Source: Octopus sinensis
Taxonomy: Eukaryota
DNA length: 64,000 nucleotides
Assembly (NCBI RefSeq): GCF_006345805.1
Contig: NC_043015.1
Coordinates: 20,956,001 to 21,020,000 of the forward strand
Reading direction: 5' to 3'
Shown: in pieces, positions 36,477 through 50,995 of the stretch
Layout of the letters: the number at the start of each line of letters is the position of its first letter
Position numbering within the stretch: position 1 is the stretch's first letter
Notes under the pieces: generated by a model
Told to the model about the DNA's origin: nothing
Database searches by the model: none
Seen by the model: only the letters and a program-made list of their open reading frames with translations
Program-made: the position numbers and the translations under genes

Positions 36477-37186
36477 ATTGGTAGAAAAAGTTTTATATAT
36501 ATATATATATATATAAAACCTTAGGTAGGGTCTGAAATCATCGAATATTTCGAATTAACGATAATACCTGGTTGACATTAACATGCAATGACAAATATTC
36601 AGGTATTTGACACCATTCTGTTTGCTGAAAGAACTTGGAAAATTCCATGTAATAGCAGTGTTTAGCACATAAACAACCAGCAAATATTCAATATATAAAT
36701 AACTAATTCTATCGAATCTTCAATGTTTCTTAAACTCTCTCTTTTTCTCTCTCTCATTTGCTAAGGTCTTTTGTCATTAAGTAGCAAAGTGTCCGTATCT
36801 CGGTGCAGACGTACATAGTTTCATTCTGTATAGCGTGAAAAAGGTTCGATATTTTAAGTTGGTTAAAGGCAATGTCGTAATGGTATATTCCTTATTTCAA
36901 ACTTTTACCAGTTTTTCATTATATGAGTTCTGACAGCTCATAAAATCGTTTGGTGTACTTCAATATTTTGTCCTTACATTTTATAGTATCTTGCAGATGT
37001 CATCGTTCATTCCATAAAAGAACACAATATTAAATATTTTTTAATGCTATCGAGTTGCCATATATATATGATTAAGGTGACATTTAAATAAGACTTTCCT
37101 AGCTGGTTATTTGTGTCTTACCTGTCCATAATGGTACCTATTTAACAGTCAAGGGGGTTACCAAATTAAATTATATTATATATATA

Positions 37187-37220
<34 letters not shown>

Positions 37221-38639
37221 CCACACACATACCTGGCAATTATATGCATATAAACTCACATATATATATAAATATCTGTGTGTGTATATCTATATATATG
37301 CGTATGTATATCTATATGTGTGTGTAAATCCATATATGTAGGTGTGTGTATATATATCTATATATATATGCACACACACACGGGCGTACACTAACACAGA
37401 AATATTTATTGGCGCAACGGATACATAATCTTTACCGTGATTTTCTTATACTTGTTAATTTTCTGTCTGTCTCGCTTTCACCGTTTGGCTCTCTTATTTC
37501 CTGTCTTTTTACTTCCATTCATCTTTTTATTCAATTATTTTTCGCCTCTTATTCAAACTCCACCTTCAAATGTATAACAAAAACAAAAATAATATCCTCT
37601 TATTTTTCTTCATTTCATTTCAATTCTTACAACCACTTCTTCCTCCTCCCATTCCTCATCTCTTTCATTTCTTAACCTTTCTTCATAGCTTCCATTTTCC
37701 CCCGTCCATCACAACCTTTCTTTTCCTACAATTAATGTTTTGTACCTAATACCTCCATTATTCCTCAGAGCATTTTTTTATATTTAAAAATGACTTTTAT
37801 GAATATTCGCTTTTTTTTATTCGTTGATACTTTTAACTCTTCTACAGTCTTCCTTACCAACGTCCTTCTATCCTTCCTCTCACTTTACCATTCCTTTTGT
37901 TCAATATGTCTCCAAATCATATTTTCTACCTTTCACATTTTTTCTGCTTCTCTTTCACCTTTACTGTGTACATCCTACTTTTCTTGGTCGTTATAACATC
38001 CAATATATCATTCTACTCCATTTTTTTTTCATTTTATCTCTAAAATATTTTTTTATATATCAATATCTACACGCACAAACACACACAGACAAGAAACTAT
38101 ACACATACATGAATATACATAATATATATATATATACATACATATATATATATATATATACATACATACATACAAATTCAGAAGTGAGTATATATGTACA
38201 GGCGAGTAAAATATGTGCATGTGTGTATATGCATATGAACGTTTGTAATATGAATATGGGCGCGCGCATACACAAACACAGACTTAGTTTTACAACCTAT
38301 TTAGTATTTTTTTACAAGATTTTACTTCTAAAAATATAAAAACAACAAAATCATTGCAACATTGATCGACAGTAACGCCTTTGTCCATTGTGGCGGCTTA
38401 ATAAACGTTTGCAACTTTACAAGTGGCCTTGTACAATTCCCTTCTTTGATAGATAGCAGATCTGTGAAGTTAGTTGGAGAATTGGCTTCTTCAACCTGCC
38501 AGAACCAATCTTAATAATAGACACCGATTTCGGTGAATATAACTGTCATCGTATCTACATCTCCATATAACTTTGATCTCATAAAGCTATTATTTTTTTT
38601 ATACGAGTTATTTGTATGTGTGTGTATGCACATATATAC

Positions 38640-38694
<55 letters not shown>

Positions 38695-38836
38695 TACGTA
38701 TATCAACGTGAATTTTCAACAACAGAGATAAGTTTTAGACGGCAATACATCAATGTGTCCTTTCCATTGCGGACCTTCAACAAGCGATCAATGAAAGATC
38801 ACCATTGCTCTATTTCTTCCCTTCACACCTCTCTCT

Positions 38837-38876
<40 letters not shown>

Positions 38877-40046
38877 GAGTAAGTGTGTGTATGCGTCAAA
38901 CGGACACATACTCATAAATGCAAACATTCACAGACAGATACAATAGCCTTTGTCGCTTCCTCTAACAATCTCTGCCTCTTTATACATACATACATATACC
39001 TATATATATATATAGTGTCTATATGGTGATCTATAATATATACATGCATACATATGTGCTATATATATATATATATACATATGAAGTGAGAAATGTGTTT
39101 GCATCTGTATTTATATACTTTACATACAAATACGCACCTATATTATTCATGGTAGAGTTGAGCATGTCATCTTTTCAATGCTGTCTTGCGGTGATCTTGG
39201 AAGTAACATTTGGAGTGAAGACAAGTGGAGAAAGGGCCAATGATATGGCCTTTTGGCATTATGTTAGACGTTTCCTTGTCGGATGATGTGATGAAGTTTA
39301 TCAAAGACACTCAATAATCACACTGTAATGCTAACATTTCATTGGTATTTCATTTGTGTGTGTTGTGTATGGCATGTGTTTTAGTCGCATACATGTATTT
39401 AAAATATATATTCCACTTATGGACATACATGTAACAAATATATCAATTTACCTACATATACTTAATGATATATTCTTTAAACACGTACGCATGCGCACCA
39501 GAAAATGTTCTTACATTTCCATCACTGATGCTGCTATTTTTATTTCTTAAAAAATTTTTTGGCGTCATGAGCTTCGAAATATCTAATTTGTTCAAAATAT
39601 CTTCAAGCACCGTGACTTATCAAAATGGCTTCTTTGAAAATTATATATTTCCTCCGTTTAAATACAGTCAACGTTGCTGTTTTGCGTTCAGCGGACATAT
39701 TTTAGCGGAAGAAGAACTAAAAAATTTACTGACTCATTACTTTTACGTATTCAATTTCTGTTATTATTTATTTGGTTTGTTAAAAAAAAAAAAACACAAC
39801 TTTTGAAGTTTTTAATTGGAAATATTTTCCTCCAACGAGAATCGAAACTGGGTTTACTTGACGGTGTATATCACTCGTAGCCAGCAGGCTACCTTGCACT
39901 TTACAGCATTTATCGATGCTGTGAATATTTGATTTAAAAACGTTTAGATTTTGACTGTAAGATATCCGCAGGAGATTCGAAAAATCGATTCTATATTTTC
40001 CTCCTTGTGACATGCAAGATTTCAGTGTATGTGAGTCTGTGTGTAT

Positions 40047-40078
<32 letters not shown>

Positions 40079-41159
40079 GCACATGAAAAAATCGAAGTAT
40101 AATAAAATACCGAACTAGTTCAGAATTTTTAACTTGTATTGGATTTTATAAAAAAAATAGTTGAGAATGTATTTAAAAAGAGAGAAGAAAACATTTCTAT
40201 ATCGACTAAATTTGCGTGTGCGTCTGGAGAAAGCAGTATTATTGTGTGTGAAGTTTATTGTCTCAGATATCTAAAAGTTTTATTTTCTTTTTCCCTGGAT
40301 TACAGCATTGAGTACTTCTCATTGACCCAACAACATGGCAACATAATACAATACACACATGCGCGTGCACGTATATGTGTACGTATGGTAGGAAATGATC
40401 GATTCATTTGTGCTCCGTTCTAACTGCAGCACGTGAAGCTGGAGCATCTGACGCGACAGTTATATGAATGCAACCGAACAGACCAGGTCTTTAACCTACG
40501 GGTATTTTTTGCCGCCCGCGTGGGATTCCGTGAAGAATCTCATTGGTTCTCCTCTGATTCAAATTTCCGAAGATTTCTGTGTTCGTTTACCTGGGAATTA
40601 TATAATTCTCAGACTCACAATATATATATATATATAAAATCAATAATGATAAAGGGTAAAATTAATTAATCAATTACTAATTAATAATTTTTCCAAGTAG
40701 TTCCGTATGTTAAAAGAACCATTATCGTTATTTTTTCTCTTTGCCTGAGTTGGGAGTATTGCTGGCTGGGAAATATGGTAGTGGAATACTATGTAACTGC
40801 TATTTCTAAATTTCGGTATGTGGTGAAGCAATTTTGGTGAACCCTAATTATAATTATGCTTATAATTATAGATCGTTTTGGGATTTGGTTTGCAAGATCC
40901 TTTATGCGAGTTCGTGTGCTGAAGCATATTCTGTTGTGTCTGGGGAGAGTCATTTTCTTTTTGTGCCTTTTAATGTAACGCACTGGTAAAATTTCCACTC
41001 ATTTCTTTGCATCTTGCAACTTTTTCAAGAGTCAAGACTATTGAAAGGGTTGCAAGACACAACGAAAATTTTAGGAAAATAAAAATAAGAAATGAGTGGC
41101 AATTTTACCAGTGCGTTAAATTAAAAGGCACAAAAAGAAAAGAAAACGACTCTCCCCAG

Positions 41160-41192
<33 letters not shown>

Positions 41193-41197
<5 letters not shown>

Positions 41198-41495
41198 GGT
41201 TGTTCCTTCTCGAGCCATGCCTGGCTCATAAGGGCCGGTTTCTCGGTTTCCATGGCGCATAGGTTCCCCACCTGAACGGGACGCCGGTCCGTCGCAGATG
41301 AGCTGCATGATGCAGGAGGAAAGAGAGGGAGAAAGTTGTGGCGAAAGAGTCAGCAGAAGTTCGCCATTATCTTCTGTCGGAGGCGAGTGGAGCTTAGGTG
41401 TTTCGCTCATAAACACACACATTTCCCGGTCTGAGATTCGAACCCGCGATCCCTCGACCGCGAGTTCTCTCCTCTAACCACTAGGCCATGTGCCT
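41193..41495 (-). mobile_element. Young full-length tRNA-derived SINE family C with intact Pol III A/B boxes
   Basis: Minus strand AGGCACATGGCCTAGTGGTTAG (A box) ... GGGTTCGAATCTC (B box), then a ~230-bp non-tRNA body; flanked by (CA)n/(TA)n. Diverged relatives lie at ~22530-22790 (-), ~27690-27800 (+) and ~44815-44990 (+). Confidence 0.78.
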
Positions 41496-41538
<43 letters not shown>

Positions 41539-41544
41539 ATATAT

Positions 41545-41616
<72 letters not shown>

Positions 41617-43184
41617 CAACAGCATTAATAAATTTATATTGTTGTGGAGATTGGATCTTCCGACGTTTTGGGTGAAACCCTTCTTTATACTGATGATGAC
41701 ACAGGGCAGGAAACACACCAGGTTAGATTTGAAGATTAAAATATAAATGTAAATCTTACAAGGATGTGGACGTTGCATACATCCACAGAAGGTTTTCGCT
41801 CCTCCATCTGCAGTGATTCCTAAAAAAGGAATTACCGACACTTTAAATACTGCTCGCCATGGCAAATTCTGTTCACTTATGCAATTATTCCAAATAATAA
41901 TACAAGTCATGCCAACAGAGAACCATAAAACGCTATAGATTCCATGTTAGTCATGTATGCGTGTGCGAAAGTAGCCTTGTTAACTGGTTCTCATACGGAA
42001 CCTTTGCAGACATATATACATTCATATGTATATACCACGTATGTATAAGACCTGATACAATGATCAAAGCAGAGTGCAGAACAATTTGTTGAATGTCTGG
42101 AAATTTTCAATGGGGTGGAAGGCATACACACTTATAAGATGAAAGAACACTTGTAGACAATCGCTATGAAAAGCTTTGTAAAATATAAATACTGCAGTCT
42201 AGACGTAGTGATCTGCAACAGAAAGAATGTGTGCAGAGTAGTAAAAATCAATTTTATTGCAGACGTTAACATATTATTAAAGATAATTGAGAAAATTAAA
42301 TATTTAACGAAAATTGAAGAAACATCGGCAGGTAGTCCATCCGGGCTATAACTTTAGATTCATACCTCTGATTATTGGAAGACATCGGTTATGTAACTAA
42401 ATGGGTTAGTGCTAATTAGAGAACGAGAAAGCTCACGACTAATTAGAAAATTATCATTACAAGCCATTAATCAATTTATGAAAATTTGTAAATATTTCCA
42501 CAAGATTAGCCTGTAATTTTACATATATTTACTTGCAGACTTTCAATATAGATATCTGTAACCTGTGTGTCTTCCCTGTCTTTGATGACGAATATGACAA
42601 ATCTTAGAAGTGAACTGGAATAATGCAGGCGATGGAGACGGCATACTTTAATGTCTACGAATACGTTAGGAAACTTCGCCAGACATAAAAGCCAGGACTA
42701 ACAGCAGTTTATAGGAACCCATCACACAACACTTTTCATTGCCAATGTTGGTACCTGTTCGTTTATCTCGGATTTTTGTTAAGTGAATAATACAACATAT
42801 GCGGAAAAAAGGGTGTCGTTTAGAAACCTCAAGCTGTCGTAAGCATTGTGGATGGTCGCTCGGATGTACTTCTGTAGTACAAGCAAAATCTTTGACTGAT
42901 CGCTGACCTACCGCAGATCAATCAGAGATAAGTATACCACATAACATTTGAGCGACCTATGATATGTCAGATCAGTTATATATCAGTTATAAACAAGGCT
43001 AGACTGAACATATGAAACGCTGCGTGACTTAGGCATCAAGAGCAGAAAGTGACTAATTATACCAGCCATTGATAACGTTTACATCAACAACAACCCTGAA
43101 AATATTTCAGGCGACAAAGGGTCAGTCCGAAGGGCCCGTGAATGATGCATCGTACAGCTTAGAGCATATCTACTGAACAGCGAA

Positions 43185-43490
43185 ACCTGAAATTGATATT
43201 ACATATCTTTAATCTTTTACTAGTTTCAGTCACATGATTGCTGCCATATGCGTGCGCACATATATATTTATATATATTTGCTTCATATAAAACTATGACA
43301 TTGATAACATCCAAAACAAAATGCTTCTTTCAGTTTCCGGCGGGCTTCTTTCAGTTTCCATCTACGAAATCCACTCTCAGAGCTTTGGTTGGCCCGAGAC
43401 TATAGAAGTCTCTTGCCCAAGATGCCACACAATGTAACAGAACGCGGAGCCATGTGGTTGGCAACCAATCTTCTTACTACACAGTCAAGC
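43185..43490 (-). mobile_element. SINE-B copy (interrupted)
   Basis: CTTCTTTCAGTTTCC, CTTGCCCAAGATGCCAC and GAGCCATGTGGTTGG motifs. Confidence 0.6.
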
Positions 43491-44019
43491 CTCCGTATAT
43501 GCGCCACTCACTTAAAATGAAAAAACACACAGACATGCTTGGATTAGACATACACACTCATACAGGTAACAGGAATAGTCCCAGCCATACACACAGTAAC
43601 TCACTTGTTTTCAAATCTCTGGAAAGGCGTCATCTCTTTATTAGGGACTGATTTGAATCACTAAAACAAATTAAATAAATTTATACACGCAGACACAAAC
43701 ATGACAACCTAATTGGTTTTTGTCTAATATCCAATTAAAAAGACTCGTTTCTGAGCTGGGGATCGGCTCTTATTAAACAAGTTTGAAAAAAAAAGTAACG
43801 TAACACACACACAAACACACACACTCAAAGAAATTTATGAGGGAGGTTTATTTAATTTCAACCTGCTTGCACGCTACAACTCCTGTATACAGGTTATGAG
43901 CACACATATCTACTCATAAACATCGCTGGCTATATTCATGCAACTAACTTGCTCAGAATACCTGAGTTTTGTGGGTAAATGAACAGACTGACATTTTTCT
44001 TTTAATATGCAAGAGCACA

Positions 44020-44345
44020 AGGATGACTGTGCGGCTAAGAAGCTCGCTTTGCGATCATGTGGTTTTGGGTTCAGCCTCACTGCGCGGCACCCTAGGTAAA
44101 TGGCTTATACAATATCTGCGAACAATACCTTGTAAGTAAATTTGGGAAACGGAAACTGTGTGGAAGTCTATCGTGCTCATATGTAAGTGCATGCATATTA
44201 TTTTTGTCCCCCACGCAACGCATGACAGCCGGTGTTGGTTTCTTTACATCCCTGTAAAATAGGTATATTTGTCCTACTAAAAAAACCTACAATGCGGCGC
44301 CCCAGTATGGCCGCAGTCCTATGGCTGAAGTAAGTAAAAGATGAG
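44020..44345 (+). mobile_element. SINE-B copy
   Basis: CATGTGGTTTTGGGTTCAG head, GGAAACTGTGTGGAAG and tail GCGCCCCAGTATGGCCGCAGTC. Confidence 0.65.
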
Positions 44346-44469
44346 AAAAAAAAACGAAAAAGGGGAACAGTTAACATACTATACAAGATTTTGCAGGAAG
44401 TTCGAACTATCACACTTTATATCTGCCTCCCAAAATGAGCAGCCGATGCCGGTGCTCTTGCTTGGCATC

Positions 44470-44805
44470 TTGAGCAAGTGTCAACTTTGCCTTTCATCCT
44501 TTCGGAGTCGATTAATTAAGGACCAGTTACGCACTGGTGTCGATATAATCGACTTAATCAGTTTGTCTGGCCTTATTTGTCCTCTTTGTGTTTAGCCCCT
44601 TGTGGGTAGTAGAGAAATAGGTATTTCGTCTGCCGCTACGTTCTGAGTTCAAATTCAGCCGAGGTCGACTTTGCTTTTCATCTTTTCGGAGTCGATTAAA
44701 TAAGTACCAGTTACGCACTGGAGTCGATATAATCGACTTAATCCGTTCGTCTGTCCGTGTTTGTCCCCTCTATATTTAGCCCCTTTTGGGCAATAAAGAA
44801 ATAAA
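44470..44805 (+). mobile_element. SINE-A tandem dimer
   Basis: Two ~197-bp units with the junction at 44620/44621. Confidence 0.8.
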
Positions 44806-45334
44806 TATCTTGTCACGATTACCAAACCTAGTGTGCTTGAGCAAAACGCTTCATTTCAAGTTGGTCCGGTTCACGCAGTTGTAAATGAGTGGATCCTGCA
44901 ACAAAATGGTATCCCGTTAAGAGGAGAAGATTTGATCTCGGGTACATATACGCCATGGGAACCGAGTAACCAGTCTTACGAGTTCTACAACACGAGACAG
45001 TAACATTCGGGGTTTATCGTTTTATTGTTTCTTCGGTTCCAACTCTACTGCTCAAGTTATATCCCGATGGATATAACATTCCCCCCTCCTTTCCAGCGAT
45101 CCCACAGATTCTTACATCATTCACACGCACACACTATCTATACACTATCAATGCTCAAAATTTATTACCCGTAGACAGAAACTTCATACTCTCCAGATTC
45201 GCTTTCTTCTATTTTCATGTATTCTGAAGCTTTTGCAATAATGTTCAACAAAATCTCAAAGGAGTCAAGTGTCTTATTTCACTGTAATTAGTCTAATTAA
45301 ATTTAAAAGAAAGTAAAGAGCTAAATGAGTGTGC

Positions 45335-45368
<34 letters not shown>

Positions 45369-45537
45369 GTGAGTGTGGGCACGTGACTGTGTAGAGTCGT
45401 GTGTGTGTCTGAACCTGTGTATGTAGGTCTGTGCACACACATACATTTACATGCAAAGACAGAAAAAGAGTGGGGATGTGACGTATATAGTGTAGAGAGA
45501 GAGGAAGAGTGAGAGAGAATGTAATAGAGTGATAGAG

Positions 45538-45576
<39 letters not shown>

Positions 45577-46510
45577 GAATGTGAAAGAAACAGTTGGAGA
45601 GAATGTTAGCAGTATGAGGTGCATTATTTCTCTCCTTTTTTTATTAACGTTTGTTTGTAATTGTCAGATGAGAAAATAATAATGAAGCAAAAACTAAAAG
45701 AGAAAACAAAAGAAATAAAAAAGAGAAAAGCTGCAGCATCTAAAACAACAACAGAAAGAAGAAAAATACAATAACAAAATCAACAACTCTTTATACAACA
45801 CAAATAATAAGAACCGAAATTAAGATATAAAAATAAATCTAACGTCAACCAATACGCTTTCGAAGACCAATCTTGGAACAAGTTTTTATTTTTCTAAAAA
45901 TATCACGTGACGTCTTGTCAAATACAGAGATTTAGATTTAGAATTATTGCAACAATAATGGTTTCCATGACAACGCCTAACTATTTCGGCTGCTGTGTGT
46001 TCCCAAGAGGGTAAAATATAAGCATATATATATATTACACACACACATACACATACACACACACACGCGCACACACAAATAGTTCTTAGAATACGTAGTC
46101 GTAGAGTTGGGAGAGGGTGTATAAATGGACTCAGTTGTGTGAGAAGAGATAATGAGGGGATTACTTGTCCATCTCCTTTACTAATGCCGTTTGTCAATTG
46201 TGAGCTATTTCCCAAAGTATCTCTTCCTACGCTTCTCAACCCCTGTCTCTGTGACAAACTGGCGTGTACTTAATGCCAATGAAGTTGTAGATGCGCTATC
46301 GATGAATACAAATAAATTCTTATTTGGGAGGTTAACGCTGAAACCATATGTTGTAAACCTGTAGGAAATATGTGCAAATGGATTGCGATTTATTGTATGG
46401 ATAATACTATTGGTGTACGTGGTTCACAAATAAAAATTCTGAACCTCAGCAGTCATGACAAAGGAATCGGAAACAATGTTCACTAACTAAGCTAGAGTTG
46501 GAAAAATAGC

Positions 46511-46545
<35 letters not shown>

Positions 46546-49500
46546 CAGAGACGGCTATAAGACAGGCAAACAATAAGCATAAGGAATGTATTTATATAGA
46601 ACATCGTTAACACATTTATATTATGTAACCAAGAATTATGCTTACAGTTGTTTCGGATAATCGATAACTGCTGCTATAACCATGAATATTTTGTAATGAA
46701 GTCTAGTCGCATTGTAGTTCTATTAACAGGTACAGTGACTTTGCACCACGGGCTTTCAAACACCTAAAATCTTATTTCGCTTAATTACCTAATATGCATA
46801 GCTAGAGCATTGGTCATCGATTATGTGAAACAGCTATCAAGATAAGACTCGATTACATTTTGGATGACTAAAATGTGAAAATAGCAAGCAAAGTGATATC
46901 GTTGGTGTGCATCTAGAGTTTCTATATTGATTTCTTTTACTGTTGATATCTGAGTAGAATATGCATCGCTAACAAGGTCAAGCAAGACCGAAGTATGTCT
47001 TTTGCAGTCACCAGTTGGTTTCAAATACATGAACCACTCTCAAACTGCATTATATATAATTTTCAAAAGTTTTTTCTAATAGACCTTAGGGTGTTATCAC
47101 TCGTTATTTTGAAATTTCAAACCCTCCAACGAACATTTATTTAATAATTGTATAAATAATCTCGGTTAATCGAACTTGCGCACCCCAGTGTATTACTAGA
47201 GAGTCACAATATTTGTATTTAGTTTACAGAATATTCCTGGTGCCATTTATTCTCACCTATATTGTTGAAAATGATAGTTTTCTTTCTCTTGTCTTTGTTC
47301 CTGGAAGTTCCATCCATTTGAAAGTATTACCGTTTAACTATCTTACTAATCTCTTTAGAAAAACAATCACGGAATCAGCAATTCCTAATTCTATATAGGG
47401 CATTAGAGCCAAGTTTTAAAATGATGATTATTTTATTCATAACTTTATATTTTGCTCTCCCTTTTCATTGGAAGCATTCGAATTTCTCTTAATTTAACCA
47501 TATTATTACTTCTGTTTTGTTTGTTTTGGAAACGCCTGGATGTCATGTTTTCATGCTTCTATATAGGGGACCCATGCCAAATGAAAATAAATCAATATTA
47601 CAAGATATGTTTTCGTTTTTCTAGTTTTGTTTTATTTTAATTTCCTCCCTGGTAACTGCATCCACATTTCCATTTCTAATTAAGGTTTTACGTTTTCTCA
47701 ACTTCTTAATTATGACAGGAAAATATTAATTGATTTACTTTCGATTAGTAAAATATTTTATCTCAGTTCACGTTTTCTGTTGCAACCTAAATTGAGCTGT
47801 AACACAAATAACGGTTAAACACTACTACCTGTATCAATGCTTCCTACTACTATCACCAGCAATCGCTAGTTCATCCACAACCGCTTCTACTGCAGTCGCT
47901 GCAACGAAATCAACGACTCCTTCAACCATAATCTACACTTAAATCAGAGCCCACTATTCATAAACCATTGAACACATTATAAAATGTAAGGCTAGGTACA
48001 GCTGATATTAAAACGAAGAGGTCATAGCTTGAACGCTGTTCATCACAACCATATTGGTTCGGGTTTCATCTAATATTTCTGTGTGCGACGCCACCACTTG
48101 ACCAACCTCACTCTACCACCACATAAAAATATTTCACCCCTTCTCTCGATCACTCCCACCCAAAGCAACAACATTAACAAGAACAGCAACATAATAATTG
48201 CTATTATTCCTGCATTTCCTTGGTGCAATTACAAAGAGGGAAAAAATTATTGATAATAATTAATAAAAATAATAAAGAAGATAAGAGAAACCGCAACTAC
48301 AGTAACAATTTCGAAAAATATCAAAATACGAAAAGTACAATAAGATATAAAAATATTAAGAAACATGATAAGAAAGATTTCTTTAAAAAAAAACAATAAA
48401 AAACGAAATGGAAAATGAACGAGAAATATATAAACATACTGAAATAAATAAATAAAAATAAATAAGTATAGTGAAATAATTTATAAAAAAACCTAAGAAA
48501 ATAACAAACAAGAATATTAATATCGAGAATAATTTTCAACTAATAACAATATTAACAATAACAACAAGAATGATAATGCAATAATTGTGTTATTCTATGT
48601 AAATATATTGAAAATTGGTTCCGTACATTTAGGCTTCACTAATTAAAAACTCACTAAAATAGCTGAAAACAAAATAAGATAATGGAAAGAACACTCCTAT
48701 TACCAGAGAAAATAATGAAAGCCGTTTGTTTAGATTACAGATTCAAGAGAGTGTTTAGTATGTTTCTATGTCTCCAAGTGTGAATGTGATCGAGAAAATT
48801 TATATTAGTTTTTGGTACAAAGCTAGAATTTGATGGTTTTAATGAACATTTCGTGATACCTTAGACTGTACATAAATGATTATAGGGTTGATTGAGACTG
48901 TGGATGTTATATGCAGAGATCACGGAAGAGTGAAACAAATGCAATGACACACTCAAAATATCCTTGACTGAATTTTCACAATTCATTTCTCTCCTCGGTT
49001 GTCTGCTTGCTGGTAACTTTTGAAATAAAACAGAAATAATGACATTCAGATTTGTATTTCGCAATATTCTTTTGAACAAAATCATCCATTATTTACATTT
49101 TTAAGAACTCGTGATTACGTTTATCTAAGATATAGTGATTAATTGTTGCAAATGAATTAATGAAACAAGATTTCTTTTCCCCCAAGACACCGACTTCATT
49201 TAGATTTCGAACTAGGCCACTCGGTACATATTGGCATTTTCTGTTCACGTAATCGTCCAAAAATATTTACTATGCTGTTGTTCCTTCTTGTTTAACCTAT
49301 GTTAATGTCTATACACCGTTCCAGCAATGACCATTCCGTCTTTTGAACTCCTCCCCCCAAAAAAGTGATGTATCTAGAATCACAGGTATTGATGCATTAA
49401 ATTCATTAAAATGGGATGGAATCCTATAATCCTCCTTATTATAACAAGTTGGATACAAATAGATTATCTTGAACGTAAAAAACGAATTGTGAATAACGAA

Positions 49501-49809
49501 ATTTGTAAACAATCTATACGTGTGTGTGTAAGTAGTGCAAGGAAAATATTGTAGAAATCAAAGTGTATGAAAGATGTACTGTAGTACAAATGATTGAGTA
49601 ATCCTTTAGTTTCATCTTAAACTCTTTTTATATATAAGATGTTATTAAGGTGTGTTCATAAGAGAAAGAGATTGACAGAGTTATACAGAGAGCGGATACG
49701 GGTAGCAATGGATGCGTGTGCGCGTAGCTATTCTCTTTCCTTTACATTTTTATCAGATTAATGTATGTTTCGTTATGAATGCACTTATGGAGTAACTGTT
49801 CGTTCATGT

Positions 49810-50172
49810 ATGTATACACACACACACGCACGCTCATATATACATACATATGCACACTCATATCTACATACACACATATATACATACATACATACATACA
49901 TATACTCATACATACACACTCATATACACACTCGCACACTGATATATACATACATAAACACACACAAATATACGTACATACACGCACACTGATATATATA
50001 TATATATACACATACATACATACACACAGATATATATACACACATACACACACACATATACATATACACACATAAGCACATAAACACATACACACAGGTT
50101 TATATAAACATACAAACACACATATATAAACACATATACACATATATATATATACACACACGCACACCTATA
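49810..50172. repeat. Degenerate (CA/TA)n compound microsatellite
   Basis: Direct inspection; source of several spurious ORFs. Confidence 0.95.
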
Positions 50173-50839
50173 CACAAAGTTATTTAACACAAACGTACAT
50201 CAGTGAATGTGTTTGGAGACATGCGGACTGAATTTTGTAGAGGCCGAAACATTTCGCATCTCCCTATTTAATACGATTCGGTGAACGACAATCCAGGGCT
50301 CTGCTTACTCCTATTATTGTAGCGTTGTAGCAAAGAAAGCCTAAGTATCTCATTTGTACAAAACATAAATATATTAATAAAATAAATAATGTAAAAAAAA
50401 TCCACAAGTTTTAGTAAATCGGTGAATATCATTTCGATAAGATTGTAGTGAACCAGAGGGAAATCACCGAAAAATTGACTGTTTCGATCTACTGCAGCTC
50501 ATAAGCTGCACCTAGAGCAAGAAGTAATCAATGTAGCATCTCGCGTGGATTGATGACAAATTAACCTTAAGGAAATAAGGAAGTTAATGTTAAGATTTTT
50601 AATGAATTCAAACTGTTAACAATAAATCAATATCTCGTGGATGAAAAAAGGAAATGTCTGCTTGTCAATGGCTAATATTTTGTGTGTTGTCACTAGTATG
50701 GTGGATGACTCTTCGTACGGTATGTTCGTTTTTTTAGACATTCTCTGTGATGCATATCCTTTATGGAATTTCCCATAATTGTAAAGAAGAAAGTGTATAT
50801 GCATTTGTACACACACACACTCTCTCACACACACACACG

Positions 50840-50995
50840 AGGAGGCATGGCTGCGAAGGTAGGTAACTAGCTGTACAACAACTTGGTTTTCAGTTCAGTG
50901 TTATTATGCCGTGCCTTGGGCAAGTGCGTTTTGTAGCCTCAAGCTGACTGGTGCGGTGTGAGTAAATTCACGATTATATGGAAGCCCATCGTGTG
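50840..50995 (+). mobile_element. SINE-B 5' fragment
   Basis: GGAGGCATGGCTG...CAGTTCAG...GTGCCTTGGGCAAGTG...GAAGCCCATCG. Confidence 0.55.

Noticed and set aside
41420-41495. tRNA gene
   Set aside because: A and B boxes are present but there is no complete acceptor stem, and the sequence continues into a SINE body.
50204-50262. Hammerhead-like GCGGACTGAATT...GGCCGAAACATTTCGC
   Set aside because: The core lacks G8/A9 and a stem II; part of it instead matches an inverted motif at ~51450, suggesting another repeat.
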